Assembly (NCBI GenBank): GCA_002502135.1
Contig: DAPM01000005.1
Location: 1 to 59,598 of the forward strand
Source: an archaeon UBA543
GTDB lineage: Archaea > Undinarchaeota > Undinarchaeia > Undinarchaeales > UBA543
Reading direction: 5' to 3'
DNA length: 59,598 nt
Shown here piece after piece: positions 42,133 through 52,203 of this stretch; position 1 is the stretch's first letter; every line of letters begins with the position of its first letter. The translations under genes and the position numbers were made by a program. The notes below the pieces were generated by a model. The model was not told where the DNA came from, did no database searches, and saw only the letters and a list, made by a program, of their open reading frames with translations.

Positions 42133-44253
42133 ATGACAAAGGAACAATACGAACTTATTGTCACAGAGAAACCTAAAGTCTCAAAACGTGTAGCAGAAGC
42201 ATTAGCAGACGGGGAAGTGGAAACCACAAAACATGGCACAATTTCTTATTATATTTTCACTCGCGCAGGCAAAAAAATCATTGTTGCACCTGCAGTCGGC
42301 CACATTTTCACTCTAAAACAGAAAAAAGGCCAGTCAGGCTACCCGATTTTCGACATAGACTGGATTCCAAGCTCAGAAGCAAACAAATCCTCAGCATTCA
42401 CAAAAGCGTACGCCGAAACCCTAGAATTCCTTGGCAAAAACGCATCTTCAGTAACCTGTGCATGCGATTACGACATTGAGGGAGAGCTTATCGGCTACAA
42501 CGCTATCAAATACCTAATCGGCGACGAAGCTCTGAAAAACGCAGAGCGAATGAAATTTTCAGCATTAACAAAAGATCAACTTGAAAAAGCATACACTAAC
42601 AAATTTGAACACCTCGACTTCTCACTTGCAGATGCAGGAATTACTCGCCACACTCTAGATTGGTATTGGGGAATAAACACCTCACGCGCATTATCCCACG
42701 CTTACAAAGCACTAACTGGCTATTACGTCACACTCTCAGCCGGCCGTGTCCAAACACCAACCCTGAAAATCCTTGATACCCGCGAAAAATCAATTAAAGC
42801 ATTTGTTTCAGAACCATTCTGGGTAATAACAGCCACAATCGATACAAAAGAAGGCGAATTACCAGCAATTCACAAAACTGACAAATTCTTTGACAAAAAA
42901 CAAGCAGAAGAAACCTATTCCACCTGCAAAGACAAACCTGCAGTAGTCTCTGAAATCAAAAAACGCAAATTCAACCAAGCAGTTCCAGTTCCATTCAATC
43001 TTGGAGATCTACAATCTGAATCATTCAAAGTTTTCAAATACTCTCCAAAAATGACTCAGTCATTAGCACAATCACTTTACGACGCTGGAGTCATCTCCTA
43101 CCCAAGAACCAGCTCACAAAAACTACCAGAAGGAGTTAAACCACTCACCATGCTCAAGAAAATCGCAGCACAAGCAGGCTACAAACCACTTGTTAACAAA
43201 ATCCTGGCAATGAAAGACCCAAAACCAAATGAAGGAAAGAAAACTGACGCAGCTCACCCTTGCATACACCCAACTGGTGAAGTTCCAAAGAAAACAACTC
43301 CGCAAGAATTCAAACTTTATGACTTAATTGTAAAGCGCTTCCTATCGTGCTTTGGCCAGCCAGCAGTTCGCGAATCCCAATCAATAACTTTCAATATCTC
43401 AAATGAGGATTTCATTGCAAAAGGAACCAGAACTCTGGAAAAGAACTGGCACGAACTCTACGAACCATATGTCAAACTCAAAGAAGAGGAACTCCCACAA
43501 CTAAAACAAGATTCAGAATACCATGTCAAGAAATTAGACAATGACCAAAAAGAAACCCAACCACCAAACCGCTACTCACAAGCATCAATAATCAAGGAAA
43601 TGGAGAAACTCGGAATCGGAACTAAAGCAACTCGTGCATCAATCCTCCAAACCCTATACGACCGCAACTACGTTATCAACACCCAGGTCCAGGTCACAGA
43701 TTTCGGCTCTAAAATCATTGAAACACTTGAAAAACACGTTCCAGAACTAACTTCAGAGCAAATGACCCGCCAATTTGAGGATTATGTTGAAAAAATCCGA
43801 GAAGGAAAGCTAGATATGAACAAAGTTCTTGGGGAAGCTAAAGAAACACTCACAACAATCATGGAAAAGTTCAAATCAAACGCCGGTGGTATAAGCCAGG
43901 AACTTGCAGACTCTTACAAAGAATCTAGAAAACAACAGAATACACTCTCAGAATGTCCACTTTGCAAAAAAGGCGAATTAATAATCCGCAGATCCCGCGC
44001 CTCAGGCAAACAATTCCTCGGCTGCTCAGCTTATCCAAAATGCACCTGCTCCTACCCATTACCACAAGGTGCAAAAATCGAAAAGCAGGATAAACCTTGC
44101 GAGCACGACGAACTTCCAGTAATCAAAGTTATCAGAGCAGGCAGAAGGCCATTCACAATGTGCATTGATCCAAAATGCAAAAGTAAAGAGAACTGGGGTA
44201 AGAAAAAACCTACAGCAAAACCAAAGAAGAAAACAACTAAGAAAAAAGACTAA
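42133..44253 (+). CDS. topA: type IA DNA topoisomerase (topoisomerase I)
   Basis: Start at the ATG at 42133. Toprim motifs LIVTEKPKV and DYDIEGE, catalytic-Tyr context ISYPRTSSQ, C-terminal CxxC zinc ribbons and a Lys-rich tail. The tracked N-terminal extension covers the repeat and TATA region. Confidence 0.85.
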   Translation: MTKEQYELIVTEKPKVSKRVAEALADGEVETTKHGTISYYIFTRAGKKIIVAPAVGHIFTLKQKKGQSGYPIFDIDWIPSSEANKSSAFTKAYAETLEFLGKNASSVTCACDYDIEGELIGYNAIKYLIGDEALKNAERMKFSALTKDQLEKAYTNKFEHLDFSLADAGITRHTLDWYWGINTSRALSHAYKALTGYYVTLSAGRVQTPTLKILDTREKSIKAFVSEPFWVITATIDTKEGELPAIHKTDKFFDKKQAEETYSTCKDKPAVVSEIKKRKFNQAVPVPFNLGDLQSESFKVFKYSPKMTQSLAQSLYDAGVISYPRTSSQKLPEGVKPLTMLKKIAAQAGYKPLVNKILAMKDPKPNEGKKTDAAHPCIHPTGEVPKKTTPQEFKLYDLIVKRFLSCFGQPAVRESQSITFNISNEDFIAKGTRTLEKNWHELYEPYVKLKEEELPQLKQDSEYHVKKLDNDQKETQPPNRYSQASIIKEMEKLGIGTKATRASILQTLYDRNYVINTQVQVTDFGSKIIETLEKHVPELTSEQMTRQFEDYVEKIREGKLDMNKVLGEAKETLTTIMEKFKSNAGGISQELADSYKESRKQQNTLSECPLCKKGELIIRRSRASGKQFLGCSAYPKCTCSYPLPQGAKIEKQDKPCEHDELPVIKVIRAGRRPFTMCIDPKCKSKENWGKKKPTAKPKKKTTKKKD

Positions 44254-45050
44254 CCTTTCTTCTTTTCTTCCTTTTTCTTTTCAGCAGCCAATTTCTTATA
44301 ATAAATACTTCCAGTATTTTCTTTTTTTATTATATCGCCCCATTTTTTGCATATCCAAACATCTGAAACATGGTCGCTAGTGAAAATCCCAACACCATCT
44401 CTAACAACCCCTTTACAACTCTCAATCAATATTTCCAGATTTTCTGGATGCTCTACACCATCATATTTAGCATCAATAATATAATTCTCATTATCAGTTT
44501 CGTAAATCTTTTTCTTATCTGATTTTTTCATACGAAGTTCTGTACCATCCTTTTTTGCACCTGCTCTTCCTAGCAGGAATTTCATAACTTTGTCCACTTT
44601 ATCCTTTTCAACTTCAACTGGCAATTTGAATGTAGTTCCTAAAACTCCAACATCCTTCTTCTTATCAACAATAACAATAAATCTGTCTGCATGATAATCA
44701 ACCAACTTCTCTCGAACATGCGCACCACCACCACCCTTTATCAAATTAAAATCATCATCAACTTCATCAGCACCATCAACAGCAACCCTAATCTTTTTCT
44801 TCAATCCTTTTTCAATTGAAATTGTTTTGATTCCAGCAGCAGCACACCATCCAGCAGTTTCCACAGAAGTCGGAACACCAGTAATGTTTTTCAATCCATC
44901 TGATTCTATCCTCTTACCAAGTTCCATTACAAAATATTTCATAGTAGTGCCACTACCAATCCCTACAAAATCACCATCTTCCAGTTTTATCATCCAAGCA
45001 GCGCTGTTACCTACAAATTTTTTCTGTTTGTCTTGTTCTGATGTCATCAA
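44250..45050 (-). CDS. rpiA: ribose-5-phosphate isomerase A
   Basis: GIGSGTT and DGADEVDDDFNLIKGGGGAHVREK are canonical RpiA motifs. Has a Lys-rich C-terminal extension. Confidence 0.85.
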   Translation of the reverse strand: MMTSEQDKQKKFVGNSAAWMIKLEDGDFVGIGSGTTMKYFVMELGKRIESDGLKNITGVPTSVETAGWCAAAGIKTISIEKGLKKKIRVAVDGADEVDDDFNLIKGGGGAHVREKLVDYHADRFIVIVDKKKDVGVLGTTFKLPVEVEKDKVDKVMKFLLGRAGAKKDGTELRMKKSDKKKIYETDNENYIIDAKYDGVEHPENLEILIESCKGVVRDGVGIFTSDHVSDVWICKKWGDIIKKENTGSIYYKKLAAEKKKEEKKKG

Positions 45051-46003
45051 TAAATCTCCTCCAGCGCCTTCTTAATCGCTGGAACAACTGAAACTTTTGA
45101 AAGGTCTGTTTGCAAAGAATCAGTAACAACACAATCATCAAGGGTGTCTGTCATTTTTCCAGTAACTTTTGAATCATTTAGATCTCCGTCTTTTGGCGCA
45201 AAAATCCCGTGAGTTGCAACAGCATAAATCTTCCCTGCCCCGTTATTTCTCAACATTTTCACAGCTTCCAACATTGTTCCTCCTGTGCAAATCATATCAT
45301 CAACAATTATCAAATCTCTATCCTTTGGTGACATTCCTTTGAGATCAACCATTTCAAGATCTCCATTTGAATCTCGTTCTTTAATAAGATTGGTCATGTC
45401 AATTTTTCCATGTTTTTTCTCAAGCACATCGATTATCTGCTTCACTCTAGGCAACGCACCTGCATCAGGGGCAACCAGGATCAAGTTGTCGAAATTCAAC
45501 TCCTCGTATTTCTCTACCAAATACTCTACAAGGTATTTCCCGCACGGAATATTGACAGCTTTCAATTTATTTATTTTATATTTTCCAAAATCGTCTGCAG
45601 CGTGTTCATCCAAAACAACCAAAAGCTGAACCCCGCTCTGCATCAGCATTTTTGAAACAATTTTTCGTGTATTCGGCTGTTTCCCTTTCTGATCTTTTTT
45701 ATAGATTCTCTTATCCTGCCTGCCATAAGGCAAGTAAGTAAAAACAGCAATTATGCTGTTTGCTTTGTGATGCTTTGCAATATCTGCTGCCTGGCAAACT
45801 TCCATTATGCTCTTATTTGAGTTCGGTAATCCACTTTGAACAATTATAACATCCTCTCCTTTTAGGTCATCATACAAAACAAGTTTAGTTTCCCCATCTG
45901 GAAATGTTCTCATCTCGCTTTTCGCAAACTTAGCCCCTGGTTCTTTAGCCAGTTTTTTAGCAATTTCTTTTGCATTTGAACATCCAATTATTAATGCTGT
46001 CAT
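45047..46003 (-). CDS. ribose-phosphate pyrophosphokinase paralogue (divergent)
   Basis: 318 aa with PRPP loop IIVDDMICTGGTM. Has an insertion (RIYKKDQKGKQPNTRK) in the RQD region. Confidence 0.7.
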   Translation of the reverse strand: MTALIIGCSNAKEIAKKLAKEPGAKFAKSEMRTFPDGETKLVLYDDLKGEDVIIVQSGLPNSNKSIMEVCQAADIAKHHKANSIIAVFTYLPYGRQDKRIYKKDQKGKQPNTRKIVSKMLMQSGVQLLVVLDEHAADDFGKYKINKLKAVNIPCGKYLVEYLVEKYEELNFDNLILVAPDAGALPRVKQIIDVLEKKHGKIDMTNLIKERDSNGDLEMVDLKGMSPKDRDLIIVDDMICTGGTMLEAVKMLRNNGAGKIYAVATHGIFAPKDGDLNDSKVTGKMTDTLDDCVVTDSLQTDLSKVSVVPAIKKALEEIY

Positions 46004-46299
46004 TTTTTCTCACAAATAAATAAAATGTGTCCACTCTCCAAAGGCACATCTTTTTTTATTTCTCTCTTTTCGGTTGCACATTCTCTTTTCATATCTTTTG
46101 TTTTACCTGTTGCTATAACATAAAATTTGTATTTATCTATCTTATATCTTAATGAAGTTTCACCCTTGTTTACAATCTCTACATCTAATTTTTCCAATAT
46201 TCCTACAACTCCATCCCTGTCAACAGCCTGGAATACTAGAATTCCCTCTCCTTTTTCTTCAGGTATTTCAATATCTAAATCATCCAACTCATCCTGCAT
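46000..46299 (-). CDS. hypothetical protein (99 aa) between the two prs paralogues
   Basis: ATG ORF. Its stop overlaps the start of the downstream prs paralogue (ATGA). Confidence 0.5.
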   Translation of the reverse strand: MQDELDDLDIEIPEEKGEGILVFQAVDRDGVVGILEKLDVEIVNKGETSLRYKIDKYKFYVIATGKTKDMKRECATEKREIKKDVPLESGHILFICEKK

Positions 46300-46300
46300 T

Positions 46301-47176
46301 TCAAATCACCCCTGCAACTTCGCCTGCCAGACTCACTTCACTCGCTTCATTTTCTATAGAATCTGTAGATACTAGATCATCAGCTTTCTTTTTTAACTTT
46401 TCTAAAGAACCCCAGCCGAAAATTCCATGCACACCTGCAAGGAAAACTCTTTTAGCACCTGCTTCCTTCACTTTCTCCAAAGCAAGCAGCATTGTCCTCC
46501 CAGTACTAATAATATCATCCAAAATAATAACATCTTTTCCTTTAACATCAAGTTTTCCAGTCATTGAAACTTCAAAATCACCTTTCCGTTCCTTATTCAA
46601 CGCACTGAACTCAGCACCTTTTGCTTTAGCAGCTTCCTCTACAAGCTTGCTAGCACCCATATCTGGGGATAAAATGTGCACTTTCTCAATTTTGTGCTTT
46701 TTCATCAAATGCTCAACAAGCAATTTCCCTGCACTAATATTCAAATTCTTTAAGCCGTGAAGATCCATCTCACCATACTCAGCCCAATTATGAGCATCAA
46801 TTGTAATCAGTTTTTCAACGCCAGCACCAAGCAGTAACTTAGCAACTGCCTGCAAACTGAACGCCTCACCTTTTTTAAATCGTGTATCCTGTCTTGCATA
46901 CGGCATATACGCCATCACAAGTGTAATACTTTTAGCGCCATTATCTTTGCAAGTATCAGCAGCAAGCAGAGTCTCGACCAGCGCGTGGTTCGGTCCTGGA
47001 TAACCACTCTGCACAAGAATAATGTCATTGCCCTTCACTGAAGAGTCTACCCTAAAATAAACTTCCCTATCTGGGAATTTCCGCACTTCAACATCAGCCA
47101 ATTGCTTATCACTCTTGAGTGCGATTTTCCTTCCAAGTTCTCTGGCGTTGAACAGCGGTATTACTAAGCTAGTCAT
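46301..47176 (-). CDS. prs: ribose-phosphate pyrophosphokinase
   Basis: 291 aa. YMPYARQD and VIILDDIISTGRTM are canonical motifs. Confidence 0.85.
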   Translation of the reverse strand: MTSLVIPLFNARELGRKIALKSDKQLADVEVRKFPDREVYFRVDSSVKGNDIILVQSGYPGPNHALVETLLAADTCKDNGAKSITLVMAYMPYARQDTRFKKGEAFSLQAVAKLLLGAGVEKLITIDAHNWAEYGEMDLHGLKNLNISAGKLLVEHLMKKHKIEKVHILSPDMGASKLVEEAAKAKGAEFSALNKERKGDFEVSMTGKLDVKGKDVIILDDIISTGRTMLLALEKVKEAGAKRVFLAGVHGIFGWGSLEKLKKKADDLVSTDSIENEASEVSLAGEVAGVI

Positions 47177-47219
47177 TGCTGTAAAATCTTGATTTTAGAG
47201 TTTATTAAAGTTGTTAAAA

Positions 47220-48488
47220 CTAAATTTCTCTACCGCTTCCCTTCTTCCCGTAAAACTTATCGCCATCCACAACTAGTTCTCCGCCCTTGAAAACCTTGTC
47301 AACAACTCCTTTCAATTCCATACTTTCATAAATACTCCACCCACATTTCGAGTGCAAATCAGCAGGATCCACAATTCTTGTCTGAGCATTATCAATAATA
47401 ACAATATCCGCATCCCTACCAGCTACAATTTCCCCTTTCTCAGTCAATCCAAACACTTCCATTGCTCCGTGAGATGTCAATCTAACTAATTCCTGCCAAG
47501 TAATCTTGCCTTCATTAACCTGATTCACCATTAGCGGAAGCATTGTCTCAACTCCTGCAAAACCAGGAGCAGCACTCATAATCTCCCTATCCTTTTCATC
47601 CCTAGTATGCGGAGCATGATCAGTTGCAATCATATCAACCTGCCTCAAACCTGCCCACAATTGCTGACAATTCTCCTGCGATTTGAGTGGTGGATTGCAC
47701 TTCGCCATTGCTCCCCAAGTTGCATAAGTTCCAATATCCAAAAGCAAGTGGTGCGGACTAACCTCACAACTAATATTATGAGTCTTAGAATTCATTATCA
47801 ACCCCAACCCAACACCTGTAGTAACATGGCAAAAGTGCAAATGGTTCTTCCCAATATCCAATTTCAACACTTTCTTAATGCCAGTGGATTCGCAAGTAAC
47901 ATTTCTGACAAGAGAATGTGTCTCCGGTTTCTTCCGATTGTAAACTTTAGTGTTAATGCTGCCGAAATTCTCTGCATGCACACAAACAACCTTACCTTCC
48001 AGACTCTTCAGAGCCTTCTGCAAACCCTTGTAAGTTACTCTCCCTGAATCCAAATATGCTTTGTAAGCAAAAGCCTCTGGCAGATTTTCGCAATTTGCAT
48101 CAGTAATTTCAACAGCAAGTCCATAATCAACATAAGATTTATTAGCAATAGCCTCTTGCTTGAATTCAAGAGTACTTTCAGAATCAACTCGAGGATCATT
48201 ATTCGGCATATCCATCACAGTCGTTACTCCGCCAAATAACGCACTCTTTGATTCAGTTTCAAAATCACCCTTATGTGTGAACCCAGGATCCCTGAAATGA
48301 ACATGCGGATCAATACAACCTGGAATAACAATCTTTCCATCAATATCAATTTGCTTAACCGCATGATGCTCCTTGTGACTCCTTGCAACTTCCATAATTT
48401 TTCCTTCCTTAATTGCAATATCTGCATCAATCTGGTGAGTAGTTGTTTGAATTCTGCAATTCTCCAAAATTAAGTCAAAGTTTTTCAT
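47220..48488 (-). CDS. pyrC: dihydroorotase
   Basis: 422 aa. DPHVHFRDPG and ATDHAPH metal-ligand motifs, in a pyr operon context. Confidence 0.85.
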   Translation of the reverse strand: MKNFDLILENCRIQTTTHQIDADIAIKEGKIMEVARSHKEHHAVKQIDIDGKIVIPGCIDPHVHFRDPGFTHKGDFETESKSALFGGVTTVMDMPNNDPRVDSESTLEFKQEAIANKSYVDYGLAVEITDANCENLPEAFAYKAYLDSGRVTYKGLQKALKSLEGKVVCVHAENFGSINTKVYNRKKPETHSLVRNVTCESTGIKKVLKLDIGKNHLHFCHVTTGVGLGLIMNSKTHNISCEVSPHHLLLDIGTYATWGAMAKCNPPLKSQENCQQLWAGLRQVDMIATDHAPHTRDEKDREIMSAAPGFAGVETMLPLMVNQVNEGKITWQELVRLTSHGAMEVFGLTEKGEIVAGRDADIVIIDNAQTRIVDPADLHSKCGWSIYESMELKGVVDKVFKGGELVVDGDKFYGKKGSGREI

Positions 48489-49276
48489 ACCTCACCTCTC
48501 ACACCACAAGCATCCCGTTTCTCTTTCCCAAACTCTTTCATCTTTCCTAACAATTGATCTTCAAAAACAGGCCCGTCCTTGCAAACACAAAGTCCGTCAC
48601 ATAAACAAGCACCACACAACCCAACTCCACATTTCATGTGCCTTTCCAAACTTGCCTGCATTGGAATTTTCTTCTTAGAACAAATATCAAAAACTTTCTT
48701 CATCATTTTCTCAGGCCCGCAAGTATAAACAGCATCAATATCCTCTTTCCCTAAAATCTCTTCAAAAGCATCAGTTGGAAAACCTTTTCGGCCGTAACTG
48801 CCGTCATCAGTACAAACATGCAAATCTCCATACTTCTCAAACTCTTCCTTGAATAAAATCTCATCCTTACCACTAGCTCCAACAAAAGCATGAACTTTCT
48901 TATTTTCCCTGCTAGCAACACTTGCCAAATAAAGCAGAGGTGCAGCACCACACCCGCCAGCAAGCAGAGCAATCTGATTCCCTTTCAATTTAAATCCTTG
49001 TCCAAAAGGGCCTCGCACTCCAATCTTATCTCCTTCTTTCATCCTATGCAAAGCACTTGTAACTTCGCCAGCCTTCCTAACACTAATACAAACAGTATTC
49101 CCATCACATCTTGAAACAGAAAATGGAGCTTCACCAACACCAGGCACCCAAACCATCAGAAATTGCCCAGGCTCAACATCTTCAGAATATTCAAAATAAA
49201 AGCTCTTAACTGTGGGGGACTCTATTCTGGTCTCCAGTATTGTCAGGCTTCTTGGTTCTCCCCCCATCTTGCTCAC
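48485..49276 (-). CDS. pyrK: dihydroorotate dehydrogenase B electron-transfer subunit
   Basis: 263 aa. FAD/NAD-binding fold layout and a C-terminal Cys cluster CGVGLCGACLC. Overlaps pyrC by 4 nt. Confidence 0.8.
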   Translation of the reverse strand: MSKMGGEPRSLTILETRIESPTVKSFYFEYSEDVEPGQFLMVWVPGVGEAPFSVSRCDGNTVCISVRKAGEVTSALHRMKEGDKIGVRGPFGQGFKLKGNQIALLAGGCGAAPLLYLASVASRENKKVHAFVGASGKDEILFKEEFEKYGDLHVCTDDGSYGRKGFPTDAFEEILGKEDIDAVYTCGPEKMMKKVFDICSKKKIPMQASLERHMKCGVGLCGACLCDGLCVCKDGPVFEDQLLGKMKEFGKEKRDACGVRGEV

Positions 49277-49512
49277 TTCTTTTTAATATCTTCAATGCTC
49301 GGAGTTGTCAATATCGTATATCCAACCCAGAACATCACAATAACTGCAAATACAAAGAATATGGATACAACGATTTCAAGAACGAGCAGTGGACTTAGTG
49401 TGAAGAATATGAATGTTGTTGGCCCGTTGTACAGGACAAAAAAGTACATTACTGCAACCACCAGTGTCAACAAGCAAAGTATTCCTCCAAAGAGTTTGTC
49501 TCGAACGCTCAT
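49273..49512 (-). CDS. small two-TM membrane protein embedded in the pyr operon
   Basis: 79 aa. 4-nt overlaps with pyrD upstream (verified as ATGA) and with pyrK downstream (by coordinates). Confidence 0.55.
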   Translation of the reverse strand: MSVRDKLFGGILCLLTLVVAVMYFFVLYNGPTTFIFFTLSPLLVLEIVVSIFFVFAVIVMFWVGYTILTTPSIEDIKKK

Positions 49513-50426
49513 GTTAAAACCTCCTTTACAGTTCCGACTAGCTCTCCTATGCTTTTAAGCTTTTTTCTCTCCAAAATAACATCCAGCTCATCGCAAACCT
49601 TCTTGAAAATATCTAAATAATGATCTTTAACTGCAGTTCCAATTCCAACAGCAGAAGCCCCAGCAATAATGTGCTGAGCAGCGTCCTCTCCTGAATAAAT
49701 TCCACCAACACCAATTATCGGAATTTTAACAGCCTGAGCAATTGAATAAATGCACCTAGTTGCAATCGGCCTCACAAATTTCCCAGAAACCCCTCCAACT
49801 TTATTAGCCAGCACAGGAATTCCAGTTTCAACATCAATAACCATTCCTGGCCCAAGTCCATTAATTGCAGTAATGACGCTAGCACCTGCTTTCTCAACAG
49901 ATTTAGCAACTTCAACCAGCAAATGAGTATTCGGAGTCATCTTAACAGACAGTGAAATATCTGTAACAGCCTTAACTTTCTCCACAACCTTTCCAGCTGC
50001 TACAGGATCACAGCCAAAACTCATCCCACTTCCAACATTCGGACAGCTAATATTCAACTCAAACAAGTCTGGCTCAGCTTTCTTCAAAATCTTTGCAACT
50101 TCTGCAAACTCTCCAGCATCTTTTCCAAAAATACTTGAAATAATTGGCTTCCCACCTTCTTTAGCAATCCTAATTTCCTCAACAAAATTCTCAGCACCAG
50201 GATTCGGCAAACCCATTGCATTCAGAAAAACATCACCCATATCAACAACAGTCGGATTCTTGTTCCCTTTCCTCGGTTTCAGCCCAATAGTTTTTGTTGT
50301 AACTGCTCCAGCACCACTCAAACCAACTCGTTTCAGAATTTCTCCAGTATTTCCAAGAATACCGGCACTCAAAACAGTTGGATTCTCCAGTTTTACGCCT
50401 GCTAGTTCAGTAGTTAACTCAGCCAT
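49509..50426 (-). CDS. pyrD: dihydroorotate dehydrogenase catalytic subunit (class 1B)
   Basis: ELNISCPN and GGVSG motifs. ATG at 50426 is preferred over the tracked GTG at 50447. Confidence 0.85.
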   Translation of the reverse strand: MAELTTELAGVKLENPTVLSAGILGNTGEILKRVGLSGAGAVTTKTIGLKPRKGNKNPTVVDMGDVFLNAMGLPNPGAENFVEEIRIAKEGGKPIISSIFGKDAGEFAEVAKILKKAEPDLFELNISCPNVGSGMSFGCDPVAAGKVVEKVKAVTDISLSVKMTPNTHLLVEVAKSVEKAGASVITAINGLGPGMVIDVETGIPVLANKVGGVSGKFVRPIATRCIYSIAQAVKIPIIGVGGIYSGEDAAQHIIAGASAVGIGTAVKDHYLDIFKKVCDELDVILERKKLKSIGELVGTVKEVLT

Positions 50427-50956
50427 CTCAGCAAAACTACAACGCACCAGCTTATTAAATTGTCTATTCTATTCTTTTCGAAAAATAATCTAGGCTGATT
50501 AAATTCATATGTTACTGTTCCTTTCTCAAATCTTGACAGCTCCTTTTCATACTTAAGATTTGTAGTTGACTTCCCAATTTGAATTAATTCATCTTCAAAT
50601 TCTGTCCAATTTTGTATCACTAAATAACCACCCAACTTCAACGCTTTTTCACATTCCTGCATAATTTTTTTTATATCATTTTCTCTAAAATATGTTAGAG
50701 TTATAAAAGATTCAGAAACAATAAAGTCAAATTCATTTTCAAAAGGAATGGCCTTTGCATTTATTTTTTTAATATTTAGACCAAGCTCTCTCCCAAGCTT
50801 AACTGCTTCTGGGCAAATATCTATTCCAACTGTTTCTAATTTTGGCTCACATACTTTTAAATAATCTAAAAATAGTCCATGGGAACACCCCAAATGCAAT
50901 AATTTTTTCCCATTCAAGTTTTCTGAAACCGATTTTATTCTTGCGTAAATAGTCAT
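50414..50956 (-). CDS. class I SAM-dependent methyltransferase
   Basis: 180 aa. LLHLGCSHG (motif I-like) and LVIQNW (post-II-like). Confidence 0.6.
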   Translation of the reverse strand: MTIYARIKSVSENLNGKKLLHLGCSHGLFLDYLKVCEPKLETVGIDICPEAVKLGRELGLNIKKINAKAIPFENEFDFIVSESFITLTYFRENDIKKIMQECEKALKLGGYLVIQNWTEFEDELIQIGKSTTNLKYEKELSRFEKGTVTYEFNQPRLFFEKNRIDNLISWCVVVLLRWLS

Positions 50957-50983
50957 ATAATGATGTGGAAGTTTATCCCAATC

Positions 50984-51127
50984 TCATCGTATATGTTTAA
51001 ATCTATGCACACTCACCCCTTTTATTTCCTCTAATCTTTTCTCCGCATTTTCAATATGCTTAACCGTTTCTTCAATTTCATCAAATTTTTCCTTGATCTT
51101 CCGAGTTTCCGCTTTTGTAAATTCCAT
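50984..51127 (-). CDS. small coiled-coil ORF (47 aa), tentative
   Basis: MEFTKAETRKIKEKFDEIEETVKHIENAEKRLEEIKG. Below the ORF-track cutoff and has no other support. Confidence 0.25.
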   Translation of the reverse strand: MEFTKAETRKIKEKFDEIEETVKHIENAEKRLEEIKGVSVHRFKHIR

Positions 51128-51164
51128 ACTATCTGATTATTCTCTATGGTCTTAAACTTTCCGT

Positions 51165-51551
51165 TCAAAACTTATTAATCAAATAATAAACAGCATTCGC
51201 AACATTAGCAATATCATTATACATTCCAATACTCAGCTTCCTGGTTTTGTAATTAGTCTCATACTTCTTAATCGCACCCAAAATATCATGCAAGTCCCAT
51301 TTGTTCAGATGCTTCAATGTAATTTCCTTCTCAAGCATATCTGGTTTCCTGTCAAGAACATTCTTAATTCCATACCAAGTAATCCTACCAACTTCAGCTT
51401 CCCCTTCTTTGATCATAATATCCCCAATAAACGGAGCATTCCCATAAACAACATTAGTTTTTGGAAAACTCACATTCAGTTCGCGATTATTATGAATAAT
51501 AGAATAATGAAAACCATCTGTTGCTAACTCTAACCCCTCGACCTTGGTCAT
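51165..51551 (-). CDS. hypothetical protein
   Basis: 128-aa ATG ORF with no motif recognised. Confidence 0.45.
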   Translation of the reverse strand: MTKVEGLELATDGFHYSIIHNNRELNVSFPKTNVVYGNAPFIGDIMIKEGEAEVGRITWYGIKNVLDRKPDMLEKEITLKHLNKWDLHDILGAIKKYETNYKTRKLSIGMYNDIANVANAVYYLINKF

Positions 51552-51591
51552 AGTATATAGTAGTCAGAGCTTGATTATATCTTTTGCGTTG

Positions 51592-52203
51592 TCACACTAA
51601 ACCAGCTAACCAACCAATATATCTCATCCCAAAAATCTCAATAAGCTTCCAATTTATCAAAAGTGACATTGTAACCAACGCAACAACCTTCCAAACAGGC
51701 GCAGTGCCCAAAACCAACCTAGGAACATCATACAAAATCACCCAAAATACAACTAACAAACCTAGATAAACCAGAATAAGGTTCTGCATCATCCAACCTG
51801 GCCCCATAAACCAGCCCATAACACCAAGCGCAACAGAAACCAATCCAAACCGAATTGTCTGCCTAACAGCAGTTCCAACATCTTTTCTCAAACAAAAATC
51901 AATCGGAGTCTCCCGTGTAGACAGCAAACTCTGCGCAACACCAGTAAGAACTGCCACAAGCAACCCAACCCACCAATTAATTCCAAATGCAATTCCAAAG
52001 AACAAAAAATAAGCAACAGAAATACCATACTCTGTCCCAACAAACATCCGTGAAAACAAAATCGCAATTGACAGCAAAATCAAACTCAACCAACCCATTG
52101 CATTAACAGCAGGAGTAAACAGCAAAACAACCAGAACTATCACTACACCTGCCAGCACTGCTCCTGGCTTTGCAACATCACTCAATTTTACCTGTTTCTT
52201 CAT
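51592..52203 (-). CDS. membrane protein, hypothetical
   Basis: 203 aa with about 6 TM helices. Its start overlaps the radB stop by 4 nt. Confidence 0.5.
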   Translation of the reverse strand: MKKQVKLSDVAKPGAVLAGVVIVLVVLLFTPAVNAMGWLSLILLSIAILFSRMFVGTEYGISVAYFLFFGIAFGINWWVGLLVAVLTGVAQSLLSTRETPIDFCLRKDVGTAVRQTIRFGLVSVALGVMGWFMGPGWMMQNLILVYLGLLVVFWVILYDVPRLVLGTAPVWKVVALVTMSLLINWKLIEIFGMRYIGWLAGLV

